Source: Candidatus Calescibacterium sp.
GTDB taxonomy: Bacteria > Calescibacteriota > Calescibacteriia > Calescibacteriales > Calescibacteriaceae
NCBI GenBank assembly: GCA_032249135.1
Contig: JAVVGL010000001.1
Location: forward strand, 34,256 to 98,255
Reading direction: 5' to 3'
DNA length: 64,000 nt
Shown: piece by piece, positions 1-10,003 of the stretch
How the letters are laid out: the number at the start of each line of letters is the position of its first letter
How positions within the stretch are numbered: the stretch's first letter is position 1
Program-made: the position numbers and the translations under genes
The notes under the pieces: model-generated
Told to the model about the DNA's origin: nothing
Seen by the model: the letters and a program-made list of their open reading frames with translations, nothing else
Database searches by the model: none

Positions 1-2
1 TT

Positions 3-638
3 AGAGAATTCATTGTAAATACTCATCACCTTGCAGAAATTCTTGAGGGAAGACTGAAGGATTTTGGAAAAAAGAAAGGAATAGATTTTAAATTCATACG
101 AGAAAAAAAACTTTTAGGAACAGGAGGAACAATAAAATATGTATTTGAAAAATTCAAGTTCAAAAAAATTTTAGTGATGAACTCAGATATAGTTTGCGAT
201 GCAGATATTGAAAGTTTCATAAAATCTTGGTCTGAATCAGATTCATTAGCTCATATAATGATAAAGGAAGGAAAACCAGGAGGAGTTGAAGTTGATAAAA
301 ATACAGGAAAAGTCGTAAGAATATACGGGGAAGGCAAAGGAGGAAATTTTACTTTTACAGGGATACACATTGTGAAAAGCGAAATAAAGGATTTTTTAAA
401 TAATAATAAGAAGAAGAAGAAAACACCACTATGTATAGTAAAGGATGGATACTCAAAGATATTGGATGAGGGAAAAGGTACTATTTCTTTTTTCATACAC
501 GATGGATTCTTTTCTGATGTCGGAACTCATTCAAGACTTTCTGAAACAAGAAGAACTGTCTCCGAAATAATGAGTAATGCTAATGACAGACTTTACAACT
601 TTTTCATATCAGTAAAAAAATTCGTATATGAAGATTAA
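3..638 (+). CDS. Sugar-phosphate nucleotidyltransferase (NTP_transferase family), 5' end cut by window edge
   Basis: Frame is open from base 3 (REFIVNTHHLAEILEGRL...KLLGTGGTIKYVFE) and continues into the listed 174..638 ORF. LGTGG and the C-terminal FFSDVGT motif are typical of hexose-1-phosphate nucleotidyltransferases. Unusual NNNKKKKKT insert at about 399..425. Confidence 0.75.
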   Translation, partial: REFIVNTHHLAEILEGRLKDFGKKKGIDFKFIREKKLLGTGGTIKYVFEKFKFKKILVMNSDIVCDADIESFIKSWSESDSLAHIMIKEGKPGGVEVDKNTGKVVRIYGEGKGGNFTFTGIHIVKSEIKDFLNNNKKKKKTPLCIVKDGYSKILDEGKGTISFFIHDGFFSDVGTHSRLSETRRTVSEIMSNANDRLYNFFISVKKFVYED

Positions 639-719
639 AACAGATGAGGAATACCTATGATTTTTGAAGTTTTAGATTAGATTTGTAATATAAAAGCCAA
701 AAATACTAATATTTTTTAT

Positions 720-3700
720 ATGAAGAAGAAAAAAAGTTTTTTTAAGAAGTTAGTAGTAGTAATAATATCTTTCATTCTGATTTCAGTTTTAAGTTGCGCA
801 AGGAAGAAATCTGAAAATCAAAGTGGGAGTCTAAACGGTCAAATCTTACAAGCTTTGAGCTATATAGAAAATGGTGAATTCAACTATGCGGAAAAACTCT
901 TACAAGAAGTGAAAGCTAAGGACCCTGAAAATTGTGAAGCTTCATATGGTCTTGCACTTATATACCTTAGAAATTTGGTAGAAATTGTAAATTCAGTTTT
1001 ATCAATAGCTTTTGGATTAGGTGAGGCATTCAGTCAAAGCCCGAGTTTGGAAATTCAATATGACAATTCAGATTTTGATAAATCAATTTGGTCTCATAAT
1101 GAAATAAAAAGGCTCACAAAAAAGGCAAATTTATCTGATGCTATACGATCTATTTTAGAACCAGCATTCACTGAAACTGAAAAGATTGTTCGTAACATAC
1201 AAATTGCCGTATCTAAAAGATGCTACATAAGGGTCGCACTACCAATAAGATTAGGAACAGAAAAAAATACTATTGCTCATTTTTTCGTCGGGGAGAAGGG
1301 AGGAAATTTAAATAAGTGGGGTCCAACCGAAGCAGCTTTTATAGGTTTCTTTGCAAATATCATTGATGCTATATTCAAATTCATATTTGTAATAAACTGG
1401 GATATAAACATAGAAAAGCTCGTAGAACTTCAATTTAAACTAAATTCTGAAAACTTATTAGGTTTCCTCCAACAGCAGAACCCGCAAGTGCAAACGTCAA
1501 TAGGAGGTCTATTCTCTCAGATACGACCTGAAGATTTAATCAACTCTGCAATATCTACTGACCCATTTGATACGGTAGCTTTATTTGCATCACTTGCATA
1601 CATAATTGATACCTCACCAGATCTTCTAAAAATACAGAAAGGTTCAGAAAGAATTTTAGATGAAGTTCCACAGCATCTCACAGTAGCTTTTGATCTATTC
1701 ATAAAAATTTTTGAGTTTATTACAAATTACTCTGATAAAGATTCTATAATAGCTTACCAAGATTCAACAGGTGATGGGCTGTCAACAGATGATTTTATTG
1801 ACCTTAATGTTTTTGATTATCCCAGCTTGCAAAAGGGGCTTTTGATAAGTATTGGAAGATCAAAAATAAAAATAGATAAAATATTGATATCAACACTATT
1901 TAGACCTTTCCTTTTCAAGGAAACAAGAGAAAGATATTTATCTGCTTTCACAAGATTCAGAGACGCATTTGATATAAAGAACGAAAAAATACCAGAAAGC
2001 CAAAGATGGATAAACCTTCAATATGTTTTGTCTTTAATTCCTTTTATTTCTGTTCAAGATACAATAAGGTTCAATCCAAAAAAGTTTTTTGAAGGTCTAA
2101 AAAGTAATCCAGAAGGTCTCAGAGCCATACTCCCCATATGGACCGATATTACAGGAGACGGAGTCCCAGAATTTATAATAGAAGCCGAGGCAATAGGCAC
2201 AAGCGAAAAGTTCTGCTTTGCACCACCGGACAGAATAAAAAGTAGATTTATCGTAAACCCCCTTTTAGAACTCCGAGGGGAAGAAAAATCTCAACTAAGA
2301 TATATAACCATAATATACTCAAAAGGAGAGATCACTCAGGATTTTTGGTGCAGCATATCTCCATATCTTACACCGGTTGCAGGAAGAGAATATCAGGCGA
2401 GCATATCGGCAGAGATGTACATAAATAACATTGAATTGAACATAGAAACAAAAGAACTTAATTTTTCCGTTTTGCCGTGCGATCTTTTCGCAGAAGATGA
2501 AGTAAATTTTGTATGCTACGTCAAAGAAAAAAACAAGGAAAAAATGATTGTGCGAATAAAGGATGACGAAGGCAAAGTAAATGATTATGAGCTCCAAAAA
2601 GTTTTAGCAGATAACAAGATATATAAAGATTTTGAGGATAAAGTAATAAGGAGATTTACCCAACCAGCGACTTATATGGGACAGTATATCATCCCCTCAG
2701 TGATGTTAGATGAAAACAAAGACTTATATGTGAGTTGGAATGATATAGAAGTAAAAGATAATGATGTTAGCTCATACACCATAGAGGTACTGCTACCAGA
2801 GACAGGACAAATTCCTTATACTATTTCTGTTGAGGAAAACTCTTATGGAGTAAAAAGATGTGTTGGTGGAATATGCTCCACAAATGACGAGGATTGCTCT
2901 GGTGCAACTTGTTTATATAAGATTGAGAATGTAGAAAAATTTTTACAAGGATATAGAAGAATCTGCGTCAGGATAAAAGGATGGGCAGTAGAAAATTTTA
3001 TTCTAAAAAATGTTGTTTCATCTCACTTGAAATGCTTTGAATTTCCTCAGGGAGTAATAAATGACACCCCAAACACAATAGATATATTTGAAAAAGAATT
3101 CAGGACAAAACAAGCAACTAAAACCACTCTAACATTTGAAGTAAAAACTTACGCACGACCAAAAAGCTTTTCTTTAAAAAATCCAATTTATATTCACATG
3201 GAAGGAGGTATAGAGGGTAGGACTTGTCTTTTCAATCCCAGAATAGTTCTTGCAGTAGCTCCTTTTAAATTCACCACAGCAGAAGGAGATAAAGGATATA
3301 TTGAACCATATATAGAACCCCAAATTTTTTTGAGAACCAAAGATTTTGATGATGATTTTCAGGATAAAGTTATTCAAGCTATAGCAATAGGAGATTTAGA
3401 AAATTTCTCTGTGGAAAATGTAAGATATGTGAGAAAAGCTCGGAAGTACAAAGTTTTTTCTGCCTTCTTTTCTCAGAATGAAAAGGTCGTCCCAAGATAT
3501 TTTTCAATTACAGAATTTCCTTTGAGATCTTTATTAGTTTTAGGTTGTGCATCGGTAATACCGAGATGCTTTTTCAACTCTGATTCTGCACATTTCCCCG
3601 AAGAAGTTATCTTCAGAGGTGTAAGTAAGAATTTGAGGATAAATAAAGATTGTGCATTTCCAGAAGTACCCTGGTCATACTACTATATAGCATTCCGAGA

Positions 3701-3920
3701 CCCAACTTTCTTCGGATCAATTCAGGTGAACTTAGATCCTCTCAAAAAGTGTGATGGAGACCCACAAGGATGGATTGAACCGGACAATTATTCGCTCAAT
3801 AAGGTAACAGTTGATCTAATTCATAGAACTATATCTCCTATTGTTTCTTTTATTTCAAGCGGAGTAGGTTTTATAACCGGGCAGCAGCAGTATATATCAA
3901 CGGGGGATTTTTGCAAATAA
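720..3920 (+). CDS. Large putative lipoprotein, function unknown (N-terminal TPR-like segment)
   Basis: Uninterrupted 1066-aa ORF. Signal peptide MKKKKSFFKKLVVVIISFILISVLSC ends in a lipobox-like VLSC. TPR-like stretch LQALSYIENGEFNYAEKLLQEVKAKDPENCEASYGLALIYL. No family recognised for the remainder. Confidence 0.6.
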   Translation: MKKKKSFFKKLVVVIISFILISVLSCARKKSENQSGSLNGQILQALSYIENGEFNYAEKLLQEVKAKDPENCEASYGLALIYLRNLVEIVNSVLSIAFGLGEAFSQSPSLEIQYDNSDFDKSIWSHNEIKRLTKKANLSDAIRSILEPAFTETEKIVRNIQIAVSKRCYIRVALPIRLGTEKNTIAHFFVGEKGGNLNKWGPTEAAFIGFFANIIDAIFKFIFVINWDINIEKLVELQFKLNSENLLGFLQQQNPQVQTSIGGLFSQIRPEDLINSAISTDPFDTVALFASLAYIIDTSPDLLKIQKGSERILDEVPQHLTVAFDLFIKIFEFITNYSDKDSIIAYQDSTGDGLSTDDFIDLNVFDYPSLQKGLLISIGRSKIKIDKILISTLFRPFLFKETRERYLSAFTRFRDAFDIKNEKIPESQRWINLQYVLSLIPFISVQDTIRFNPKKFFEGLKSNPEGLRAILPIWTDITGDGVPEFIIEAEAIGTSEKFCFAPPDRIKSRFIVNPLLELRGEEKSQLRYITIIYSKGEITQDFWCSISPYLTPVAGREYQASISAEMYINNIELNIETKELNFSVLPCDLFAEDEVNFVCYVKEKNKEKMIVRIKDDEGKVNDYELQKVLADNKIYKDFEDKVIRRFTQPATYMGQYIIPSVMLDENKDLYVSWNDIEVKDNDVSSYTIEVLLPETGQIPYTISVEENSYGVKRCVGGICSTNDEDCSGATCLYKIENVEKFLQGYRRICVRIKGWAVENFILKNVVSSHLKCFEFPQGVINDTPNTIDIFEKEFRTKQATKTTLTFEVKTYARPKSFSLKNPIYIHMEGGIEGRTCLFNPRIVLAVAPFKFTTAEGDKGYIEPYIEPQIFLRTKDFDDDFQDKVIQAIAIGDLENFSVENVRYVRKARKYKVFSAFFSQNEKVVPRYFSITEFPLRSLLVLGCASVIPRCFFNSDSAHFPEEVIFRGVSKNLRINKDCAFPEVPWSYYYIAFRDPTFFGSIQVNLDPLKKCDGDPQGWIEPDNYSLNKVTVDLIHRTISPIVSFISSGVGFITGQQQYISTGDFCK

Positions 3921-3939
3921 AATCTTTAATCTTCTCTTT

Positions 3940-4731
3940 TCATCTTCCTTTCCACTCAGGTTCTCTTTTCTGGAAGAAAGCCATAACACCCTCAACAAGG
4001 TCTTCCGCCATAGTGTTTATTGAAAGCATAGAAGATAAAAACTCAAGAGATTTTGAAAATTCAAGCTCCCTGGCAGTATAATATGCTCTCCTCCCTAACC
4101 TCAAAATAGCAGGACTTTTTTTCAAGAGCTTCAAGACAACTTCATTCACTTTATCGTCAAGCTTATCTTGAGGGACAACATAGTTTATGAAACCAAGTTT
4201 CAAAGCTTCATCTGCCGATATTCTTTCCCCCGTTAGCATAAGTTCGAGCAACTTTTTTGGATTAGATGTTACCCTTATCAAAGTAGCAAGTATTATATAT
4301 GGGAAAAGTCCTACATTTATTTCTGGTGTTCCGAACCTTGCATTTTCTGATGCGACTCCTATATCACAGGCTGCAACAAGACCCAAACCACCACCCAGGG
4401 CATCACCATTTACCCTTGCAACCAGTGGTTTCTTATATAATTCCATTACTCTAAATATTTCCGCAAATAATCGCGAGTTCTCATATCTATCTAAAAATGC
4501 AGATGAAACAGAAGGATCTGGAGACAAGTCTCCGCCAGCGGAGAAAGCTTTATCACCTTCACCCGTCAAAACAACTACTCTCACTTCCTGATCTTCATTT
4601 AGTTCTTTCAGAGCTTGGAGCAACTCTGAGGTCATCTTCGGAGAAATTGCATTTCTTCTTTCTGGTCTGTTCAGCACAACGAATGCCACTTTGCCATCCT
4701 CTTTCTTTTCAACTTTTATGGTCTCATACAT
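3940..4731 (-). CDS. Enoyl-CoA hydratase/isomerase (crotonase) family protein
   Basis: VVLNRPERRNAI, VVVLTGEGDKAFSAGGDL and RVNGDALGGGLGLVAACDI match crotonase-fold oxyanion-hole motifs. Length 263 aa is typical. Confidence 0.88.
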   Translation of the reverse strand: MYETIKVEKKEDGKVAFVVLNRPERRNAISPKMTSELLQALKELNEDQEVRVVVLTGEGDKAFSAGGDLSPDPSVSSAFLDRYENSRLFAEIFRVMELYKKPLVARVNGDALGGGLGLVAACDIGVASENARFGTPEINVGLFPYIILATLIRVTSNPKKLLELMLTGERISADEALKLGFINYVVPQDKLDDKVNEVVLKLLKKSPAILRLGRRAYYTARELEFSKSLEFLSSMLSINTMAEDLVEGVMAFFQKREPEWKGR

Positions 4732-4874
4732 AACAGAAAAATTTTGAACAATCGTTTAAATTTTTGCACTATTTTCACATTTTTTCAAGAAAAAAAAATA
4801 GTAAAAAATTGTTTTCTGAATTTTCGTTTTTTTATACTTATAATGTTACCTTTTTATTTTTTTTATACTTTCGT

Positions 4875-6374
4875 ATGTCATCTGGAACCAGAATTCTCGT
4901 AGCCACTTTGATTTCCGCCTTATTTTTGCTTATCTATGATATCTTTGTTATAAGACCAAGAGTAGAAAAACAGAAGCAACAGCTTGCAAAACAATCTGAA
5001 CAACATCTTAAAGGAACCGAAGAAAAAATATTAGAGAAACCACAAATCAACCTATCTGATAATGATATATTCCGAACCCCAACTGGTTTGACCTCTTTTA
5101 CTCCGATAGATGATGATTTTTTAAAAGTTATTTTTTCCTGGGGAATAATAGAGAATGTGGAACTTAAAGGTTTCAAATTAAAAGTTGATTTACCTGATAA
5201 CTTCTATTATGAAAAACCTTTCAGATTCGCTTTCCTGAAACCAGATAGCAAAACCGAAATAATACCTACCAGATTTGATCTATATGGTAATACCATAATA
5301 TTCTTCTCTGAATCTCTATCTTTTGTCGTAAGTTATTCAAAAGTTTCAAAATATGTTTTTGATTTAGATATAAATCTTTTCGGAGATATTGTAGATGTGA
5401 TTCCAGTTTTCTATTCCAGAAAATCACAAAATGATAATCCAGAAATCATAGCATCTACTCCAAATATAAAGAATGTAAAAGATGTGAAATCGGGAAATAT
5501 TGTTGATTTTTTTGGAGAGAAGGGAAGATACTTTTCATTTCTTGTTATGCCATCTTGCAAAGTTTATTTTTCCTCTCAAAATGAAAATTTCTCTACTTTT
5601 TCTTGCGATAGAATAATCTCAAAAGGATTTGCCGAATTGAAAATGCGATTTTTTGCCGGTCCAAAAATTGAAGATGAGCTTCAAGTATTTCACAAGCAAG
5701 CCTCTGATGTCGCAAAATTTGGATTCTTGCATCCCATATCTAAATTCATCGTTGCCTCACTTGAGTTTATAAATTCATTTGTTGGCAATTTAGGATTTTC
5801 CATCATAATCTTGTCTTTACTTGTCAGGTTAATTTTTACTCCACTTAACATCGTTTCTTTGAAATCTATGAAGAAATTGAAAGATATTCAACCAGAAATA
5901 GAAAAAATAAAGCAAAAGTATAAAGACGATAAAGAAAGGATTTCCCGAGAAATATTTGAGCTTTATAGAAGAGAAAAAATAAATCCATTTTCAGGATGCC
6001 TTCCTCTCCTGATCCAAATTCCAATATTTATTGCTTTGTATCAAGCTCTTTTGAATTCAATAGATTTAAGACATGCTCCCTTTATTTTATGGATAAAGGA
6101 CCTTTCTTCTCCTGATACGCTTTTTTCATTAAAGTTAGGTAGCTGGGTATTTGAGTTTCATCTCCTTCCTGTTCTTATGGGAGCTACATTTTTGGTTCAA
6201 CAGCTAATCTCTCCCCAAACATCAGAGGATATATCTTTTAAAATTGTTTTCAATTACCTTATGCCAATCATGTTTATTTTCATTTTGTGGAACGCTCCGG
6301 CAGGTCTGCACCTTTACTGGATAACTATGAACATACTTTCTATCTTACACCAGCTTATATTTATCAGAAAATAA
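4875..6374 (+). CDS. yidC: Membrane protein insertase YidC
   Basis: C-terminal core PLNIVSLKSMKKLKDIQPEIEKIKQKYKDDKERISREIFELYRREKINPFSGCLPLLIQIPIFIALYQAL is the YidC/Oxa1 signature. I prefer ATG 4875 (MSSGTRILVATL..., N-terminal TM) over the listed upstream start at 4764, whose extension is low-complexity. Confidence 0.9.
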   Translation: MSSGTRILVATLISALFLLIYDIFVIRPRVEKQKQQLAKQSEQHLKGTEEKILEKPQINLSDNDIFRTPTGLTSFTPIDDDFLKVIFSWGIIENVELKGFKLKVDLPDNFYYEKPFRFAFLKPDSKTEIIPTRFDLYGNTIIFFSESLSFVVSYSKVSKYVFDLDINLFGDIVDVIPVFYSRKSQNDNPEIIASTPNIKNVKDVKSGNIVDFFGEKGRYFSFLVMPSCKVYFSSQNENFSTFSCDRIISKGFAELKMRFFAGPKIEDELQVFHKQASDVAKFGFLHPISKFIVASLEFINSFVGNLGFSIIILSLLVRLIFTPLNIVSLKSMKKLKDIQPEIEKIKQKYKDDKERISREIFELYRREKINPFSGCLPLLIQIPIFIALYQALLNSIDLRHAPFILWIKDLSSPDTLFSLKLGSWVFEFHLLPVLMGATFLVQQLISPQTSEDISFKIVFNYLMPIMFIFILWNAPAGLHLYWITMNILSILHQLIFIRK

Positions 6375-6377
6375 AAA

Positions 6378-7781
6378 ATGATGATTAAGAAAAACAAAAA
6401 TTTTGTCATATCGTTTAGTAAATTTTTTGTCTCAATATTGAGCTTTCTTTTTTCTCTTTCTTTTCTCTTTTCTTGCCAGATTGATATGAACTGCCGAAGA
6501 CCTAATCCAAACGAGCTAAAAGATATCAAAGATATGGATTACAGGGATGGGAAATTGGCTGTTCTATCTTCACCTCAAGATGTACTCAGCTGGTGTTCTG
6601 CATTTGTTTCTATTTTTGAATACTCAGATGATAATTTGAGATTTTTAAAAAATGTTGAGTTATCAGGAAAAATCGCTCATGATTTGGTTTGGGTTGATAA
6701 AAAAATTTTAGTTTTAGTTTCAGGTTCAAATGGGCAAGTCATAGATGTTGTTGATCCAGAAGAGGGAAAAGTTATAATTAGCTTATCTTTGGATTTGCAG
6801 AATATGGAAGCAATTTTTTCTTATGGAAAATCTATTCTGGTTTTACCTCAATTGGATACGAAAATATTTTTCACAGAAGATATTGATGAATTTATAAGTA
6901 GTAAAAGAGGGAAATATTTTACATTAAATTATTTACCAAAATCAGGAGCAATAGCGGAAACCGGAGGTAAAAAATATATTTTCATAATAGGTGAAAAGAA
7001 CAATATAAATGTGATCTCACAAGAAGGAATTACCCAAAATATTAATATCTCAGAAATAACAACCCAACAACAACGAGAGGATTTTATTTCTGCCGTTTCA
7101 TCGGAAGTTAAACCATCTCCAAGATTAGATCCACTTGGTAGTAATTTGATTTTTAACTCAAAAATGTTTTTCAGAGATGGACTTTTATTTATTCAAGCAA
7201 ACTCCGAAGAAATGAAAGGTGTTTTTACATATGATGTAAATTGTTTGGTTAATAAAGATGAGACCCAAAATTGTTCGTGGTTTGTTCCAATAACTTCTGA
7301 TAGATTAAATGATATTTTCGTTTTCTCACTCCCACTCGATGAGAATTTAAGATTAAAAATTTTCCCAGTTATATACAGTATCTCTGCCGATGAAAAAAAA
7401 CAATACAGTTTCATTTCCCTTCTTGTTTTCAAAGAAAGAAAATTTTATCTTGTAGACAAAAAGATTATTGATACCTCTCCTCTCTACGAACTCGTCAGAT
7501 ATGAAGTGTCTCAATCTGATGAAGATGGAATAAATTCTGGTAGCGGAGAAAAAGAAGACAAATCAGAAAATAAAAAAGATAAATCAGATAATAAATATTC
7601 AGATAATAAATTTACTGATAATAAATTTGCAGGTTCAAATGAAAATAATGGGAATCAAAATATATCCGAAAGCAAAATTAGAAAAGTATTGGCGGTAAAA
7701 ATGAAATTTGCATTCAAAAAGAAAGATTACGATGAAATAGATTTTTTTGAATACAAAATCAACCTCCACCTGAACCAATAA
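6378..7781 (+). CDS. Putative lipoprotein, function unknown, with Asn/Lys/Asp-rich repeat tail
   Basis: Signal peptide ends in lipobox-like LFSC (FLFSLSFLFSCQ). No recognisable domain. Low-complexity KSENKKDKSDNKYSDNKFTDNKFAGSNENNGNQN near the C-terminus. The 3' end overlaps the convergent lyase gene by 23 bp. Confidence 0.55.
   Translation: MMIKKNKNFVISFSKFFVSILSFLFSLSFLFSCQIDMNCRRPNPNELKDIKDMDYRDGKLAVLSSPQDVLSWCSAFVSIFEYSDDNLRFLKNVELSGKIAHDLVWVDKKILVLVSGSNGQVIDVVDPEEGKVIISLSLDLQNMEAIFSYGKSILVLPQLDTKIFFTEDIDEFISSKRGKYFTLNYLPKSGAIAETGGKKYIFIIGEKNNINVISQEGITQNINISEITTQQQREDFISAVSSEVKPSPRLDPLGSNLIFNSKMFFRDGLLFIQANSEEMKGVFTYDVNCLVNKDETQNCSWFVPITSDRLNDIFVFSLPLDENLRLKIFPVIYSISADEKKQYSFISLLVFKERKFYLVDKKIIDTSPLYELVRYEVSQSDEDGINSGSGEKEDKSENKKDKSDNKYSDNKFTDNKFAGSNENNGNQNISESKIRKVLAVKMKFAFKKKDYDEIDFFEYKINLHLNQ
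7584..7628 (+). repeat. Intragenic 15-bp x3 tandem repeat (SDNKY/SDNKF/TDNKF)
   Basis: tcagataataaatat / tcagataataaattt / actgataataaattt read directly, in frame inside the 6378..7781 CDS. Confidence 0.8.
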
Positions 7782-9171
7782 TATCTGCATTAGGCTTTAC
7801 CATAGAAAATGGATCAAGTATTTTCTCTGCTTCTTGCTGACTAAGAATACCTTCCTCTATCACTATTTCCCTTATAGTTTTTCCTTTCTCAACAGCTTTT
7901 TTAGCAATTTCGGCCGCTTTGTCGTAACCAATTTTGAGTGCGAGCGGAGTTGATAGTGCAAGAGACCATTCTACAAGTTCCCTCATTCTACTTACATTTG
8001 GTTTTATTCCATCTATGCATTTTTTCGCAAAGTTTTCAGCAGCTGATGATAAAAGTTTTATTGAATTTACAACATGGTAACCTATGATGGGTAAAAAGGT
8101 GTTGAGCTCAAAATTACCATTCATACCACCTATTGTTATTGTTGCATCAGAACCTATAACATGTGCGCAAACCATCATCACAGATTCTGGTATTACCGGA
8201 TTTACTTTCCCAGGCATTATAGATGAACCGGGCTGGAGCGATGGCAAAAATATTTCCCCTATTCCACATCTTGGTCCAGAAGAAAGCCATCTTATATCGT
8301 TTGCTACCTTGAACATTGCTACTGCGCAAGTTTTAAGCATACCAGAAAGAGCCACCATAACATCTTGTGTTGCTTGTGAGAAAAAGTGATTACGAGTTTC
8401 CTTAAATTCATGCCCTAAAAATTCAGAGATATATTTTATTGCCTTTTTGGGAAAATCTGGATGCGCATTTATTCCTGTCCCTACCGCAGTTCCACCAAGA
8501 GCAAGCTCAGATAGCCGAGGAATGTAAGATTCAAGCAACTCTATAACATGAGAAATCTGCTCTTTATATCCTGAAAATTCTTGACCCAAAGTTATCGGTG
8601 TTGCATCCATAAGGTGTGTTCTACCTATTTTTATTATATCTTTGAACTCTTCTGCTTTTTTATCTAAACTCTTTTCAAGCGTTCTTAACGAAGGAAGAAG
8701 TTTGTGTTTGAGTCCCATCACAGCCGCAATCTGGATTGATGTTGGTATAACATCGTTTGAGGATTGACATTTATTGACATGATCGTTCGGATGAACAGGG
8801 TATTTTTTCCCTTTTTCATAACCTAATATTTCATTCGCTCTGTTTGCTATTACTTCATTTACATTCATATTAGTTGATGTTCCGGATCCCGTCTGGAAAA
8901 CATCTACTGGAAAGTTTCCTTTGAGCTTTCCCTCGTATATTTCTTCCGCTGCTTTACAAATCGCATCTTTTATGTTTTCTGGAATCAGACCGAGTTCAGC
9001 ATTCGCTTTTGCAGAAGCCCACTTTATAACAGCTATTGCCTTTATTATCTCTTCTGGCATTTCCCAACCGCTTATTGGGAAGTTCTCAACTGCTCTCTGA
9101 GTTTGTGCCCCCCAGTATTTATCTTCTGGAACCTTGACTTCACCCATAGTATCTTTTTCTATCCTCCACAT
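7759..9171 (-). CDS. Class II fumarate hydratase / aspartate ammonia-lyase family lyase
   Basis: GSSIMPGKVNP signature loop. YWGAQTQRA and QTGSGTSTNMNVNEVIANRA are fumarase-like; ENFPISG, HPNDHVNKCQS and PVIPES are aspartase-like. At 470 aa I cannot assign FumC versus AspA by eye. Confidence 0.88.
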   Translation of the reverse strand: MWRIEKDTMGEVKVPEDKYWGAQTQRAVENFPISGWEMPEEIIKAIAVIKWASAKANAELGLIPENIKDAICKAAEEIYEGKLKGNFPVDVFQTGSGTSTNMNVNEVIANRANEILGYEKGKKYPVHPNDHVNKCQSSNDVIPTSIQIAAVMGLKHKLLPSLRTLEKSLDKKAEEFKDIIKIGRTHLMDATPITLGQEFSGYKEQISHVIELLESYIPRLSELALGGTAVGTGINAHPDFPKKAIKYISEFLGHEFKETRNHFFSQATQDVMVALSGMLKTCAVAMFKVANDIRWLSSGPRCGIGEIFLPSLQPGSSIMPGKVNPVIPESVMMVCAHVIGSDATITIGGMNGNFELNTFLPIIGYHVVNSIKLLSSAAENFAKKCIDGIKPNVSRMRELVEWSLALSTPLALKIGYDKAAEIAKKAVEKGKTIREIVIEEGILSQQEAEKILDPFSMVKPNADIIGSGGG

Positions 9172-9227
9172 TTTCTTTACCTCCTTTTTTTATCAATTTT
9201 TTTCTTTCTTTTTCTTTATTTATTACT

Positions 9228-9581
9228 TTATTTACCTGCTATTTTTTTATACAAGTACAAGAAATCTTTTGTGATAATATGGAAATTTACTTTGGGATTT
9301 TTGATTTTTTTCCTGAGTTCTATCAAAATTTTTTCTCTTAATTTTTCATCTGGTATGACAATCACTATGTCTAAATCTGAAGCGCGGGAGAACCTTTTAG
9401 TTCCAAATGATCCCGATATGAAAACTCTGCATCCATACTTTTCCCCGATTTTTTTTGACAATTTTATGTATTTTTTAGCATTTCTGATGAGGTCTTCTGA
9501 TTTTTTCACTTCAAGTTTAAAAGCTTCTATCTCAATTTTGTTTTTATATTCTTTCCTTACTTTGTTTTTGTTCTTTATCAT
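9228..9581 (-). CDS. Minimal nucleotidyltransferase (MNT/Pol-beta-like NTase), putative antitoxin partner of the HEPN protein
   Basis: GSFGTKRFSRASDLDIVIV matches the G-S...D-x-D NTase motif. I place the start at ATG 9581, which forms an ATGA overlap with the stop of the upstream HEPN gene (+ strand tcat at 9578..9581). The listed ORF extends to 9623. Confidence 0.75.
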   Translation of the reverse strand: MIKNKNKVRKEYKNKIEIEAFKLEVKKSEDLIRNAKKYIKLSKKIGEKYGCRVFISGSFGTKRFSRASDLDIVIVIPDEKLREKILIELRKKIKNPKVNFHIITKDFLYLYKKIAGK

Positions 9582-9949
9582 TTTCCCAATATTTTCCGTA
9601 TTTCCTTGACAAATTTTTCGCAAGCTTTGAAGCTCTCATGAGAATACTCATTTACTGAATATCTTGCTCCTATATAAACTTCATTTAAAATATCAATTTC
9701 AATTTTATTCACATATTTTTTCAAGGTTGGATTTTTCTTTGATAAAATTTTCAAGAGTTCTCTTATATCATGTATTTTTGGGAAATTACCATAAAGCTCC
9801 ATAAGTTTTGCTTTGAGAAAAAGTTGTAAAGATTGTTCAAGCATAAAAAGAGCAAATGTATAATCTTTTCTTTGCTCTAATAATTTAGCATTTTCATAAA
9901 GTCTCTCTGACTTTTCCTTTAACTTATCTACAACTTTCCGAGTCTGCAT
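9578..9949 (-). CDS. HEPN domain protein (putative toxin of an HEPN/NTase pair)
   Basis: 123-aa helical protein with LEQSLQLFLKAKL, KIHDIRELL and GARYSVNEYSHE, the pattern of the classical HEPN domain. Translationally coupled to the NTase gene. Confidence 0.7.
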   Translation of the reverse strand: MQTRKVVDKLKEKSERLYENAKLLEQRKDYTFALFMLEQSLQLFLKAKLMELYGNFPKIHDIRELLKILSKKNPTLKKYVNKIEIDILNEVYIGARYSVNEYSHESFKACEKFVKEIRKILGK

Positions 9950-10003
9950 TTTTTACGATGTTTCATTAAACACTATTTCATCTCCTTTTTATTTTTATAA
10001 TTT

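Noticed and set aside
4187-4591. Antisense shadow ORFs inside conserved genes. This one lies inside the enoyl-CoA hydratase gene; others include 8084..8389, 13410..13835, 16101..16499, 17046..17483, 23408..23893, 27439..27834, 28284..28622, 29100..29507 and 48328..48648.
   Set aside because: Each lies wholly within, and opposite to, a CDS with strong family motifs. The translations are low complexity with no recognisable motifs.
4764-4874. Upstream extension of the YidC ORF
   Set aside because: Phe/Tyr-rich low-complexity translation of a T-rich promoter region. ATG 4875 gives a normal YidC N-terminal TM.
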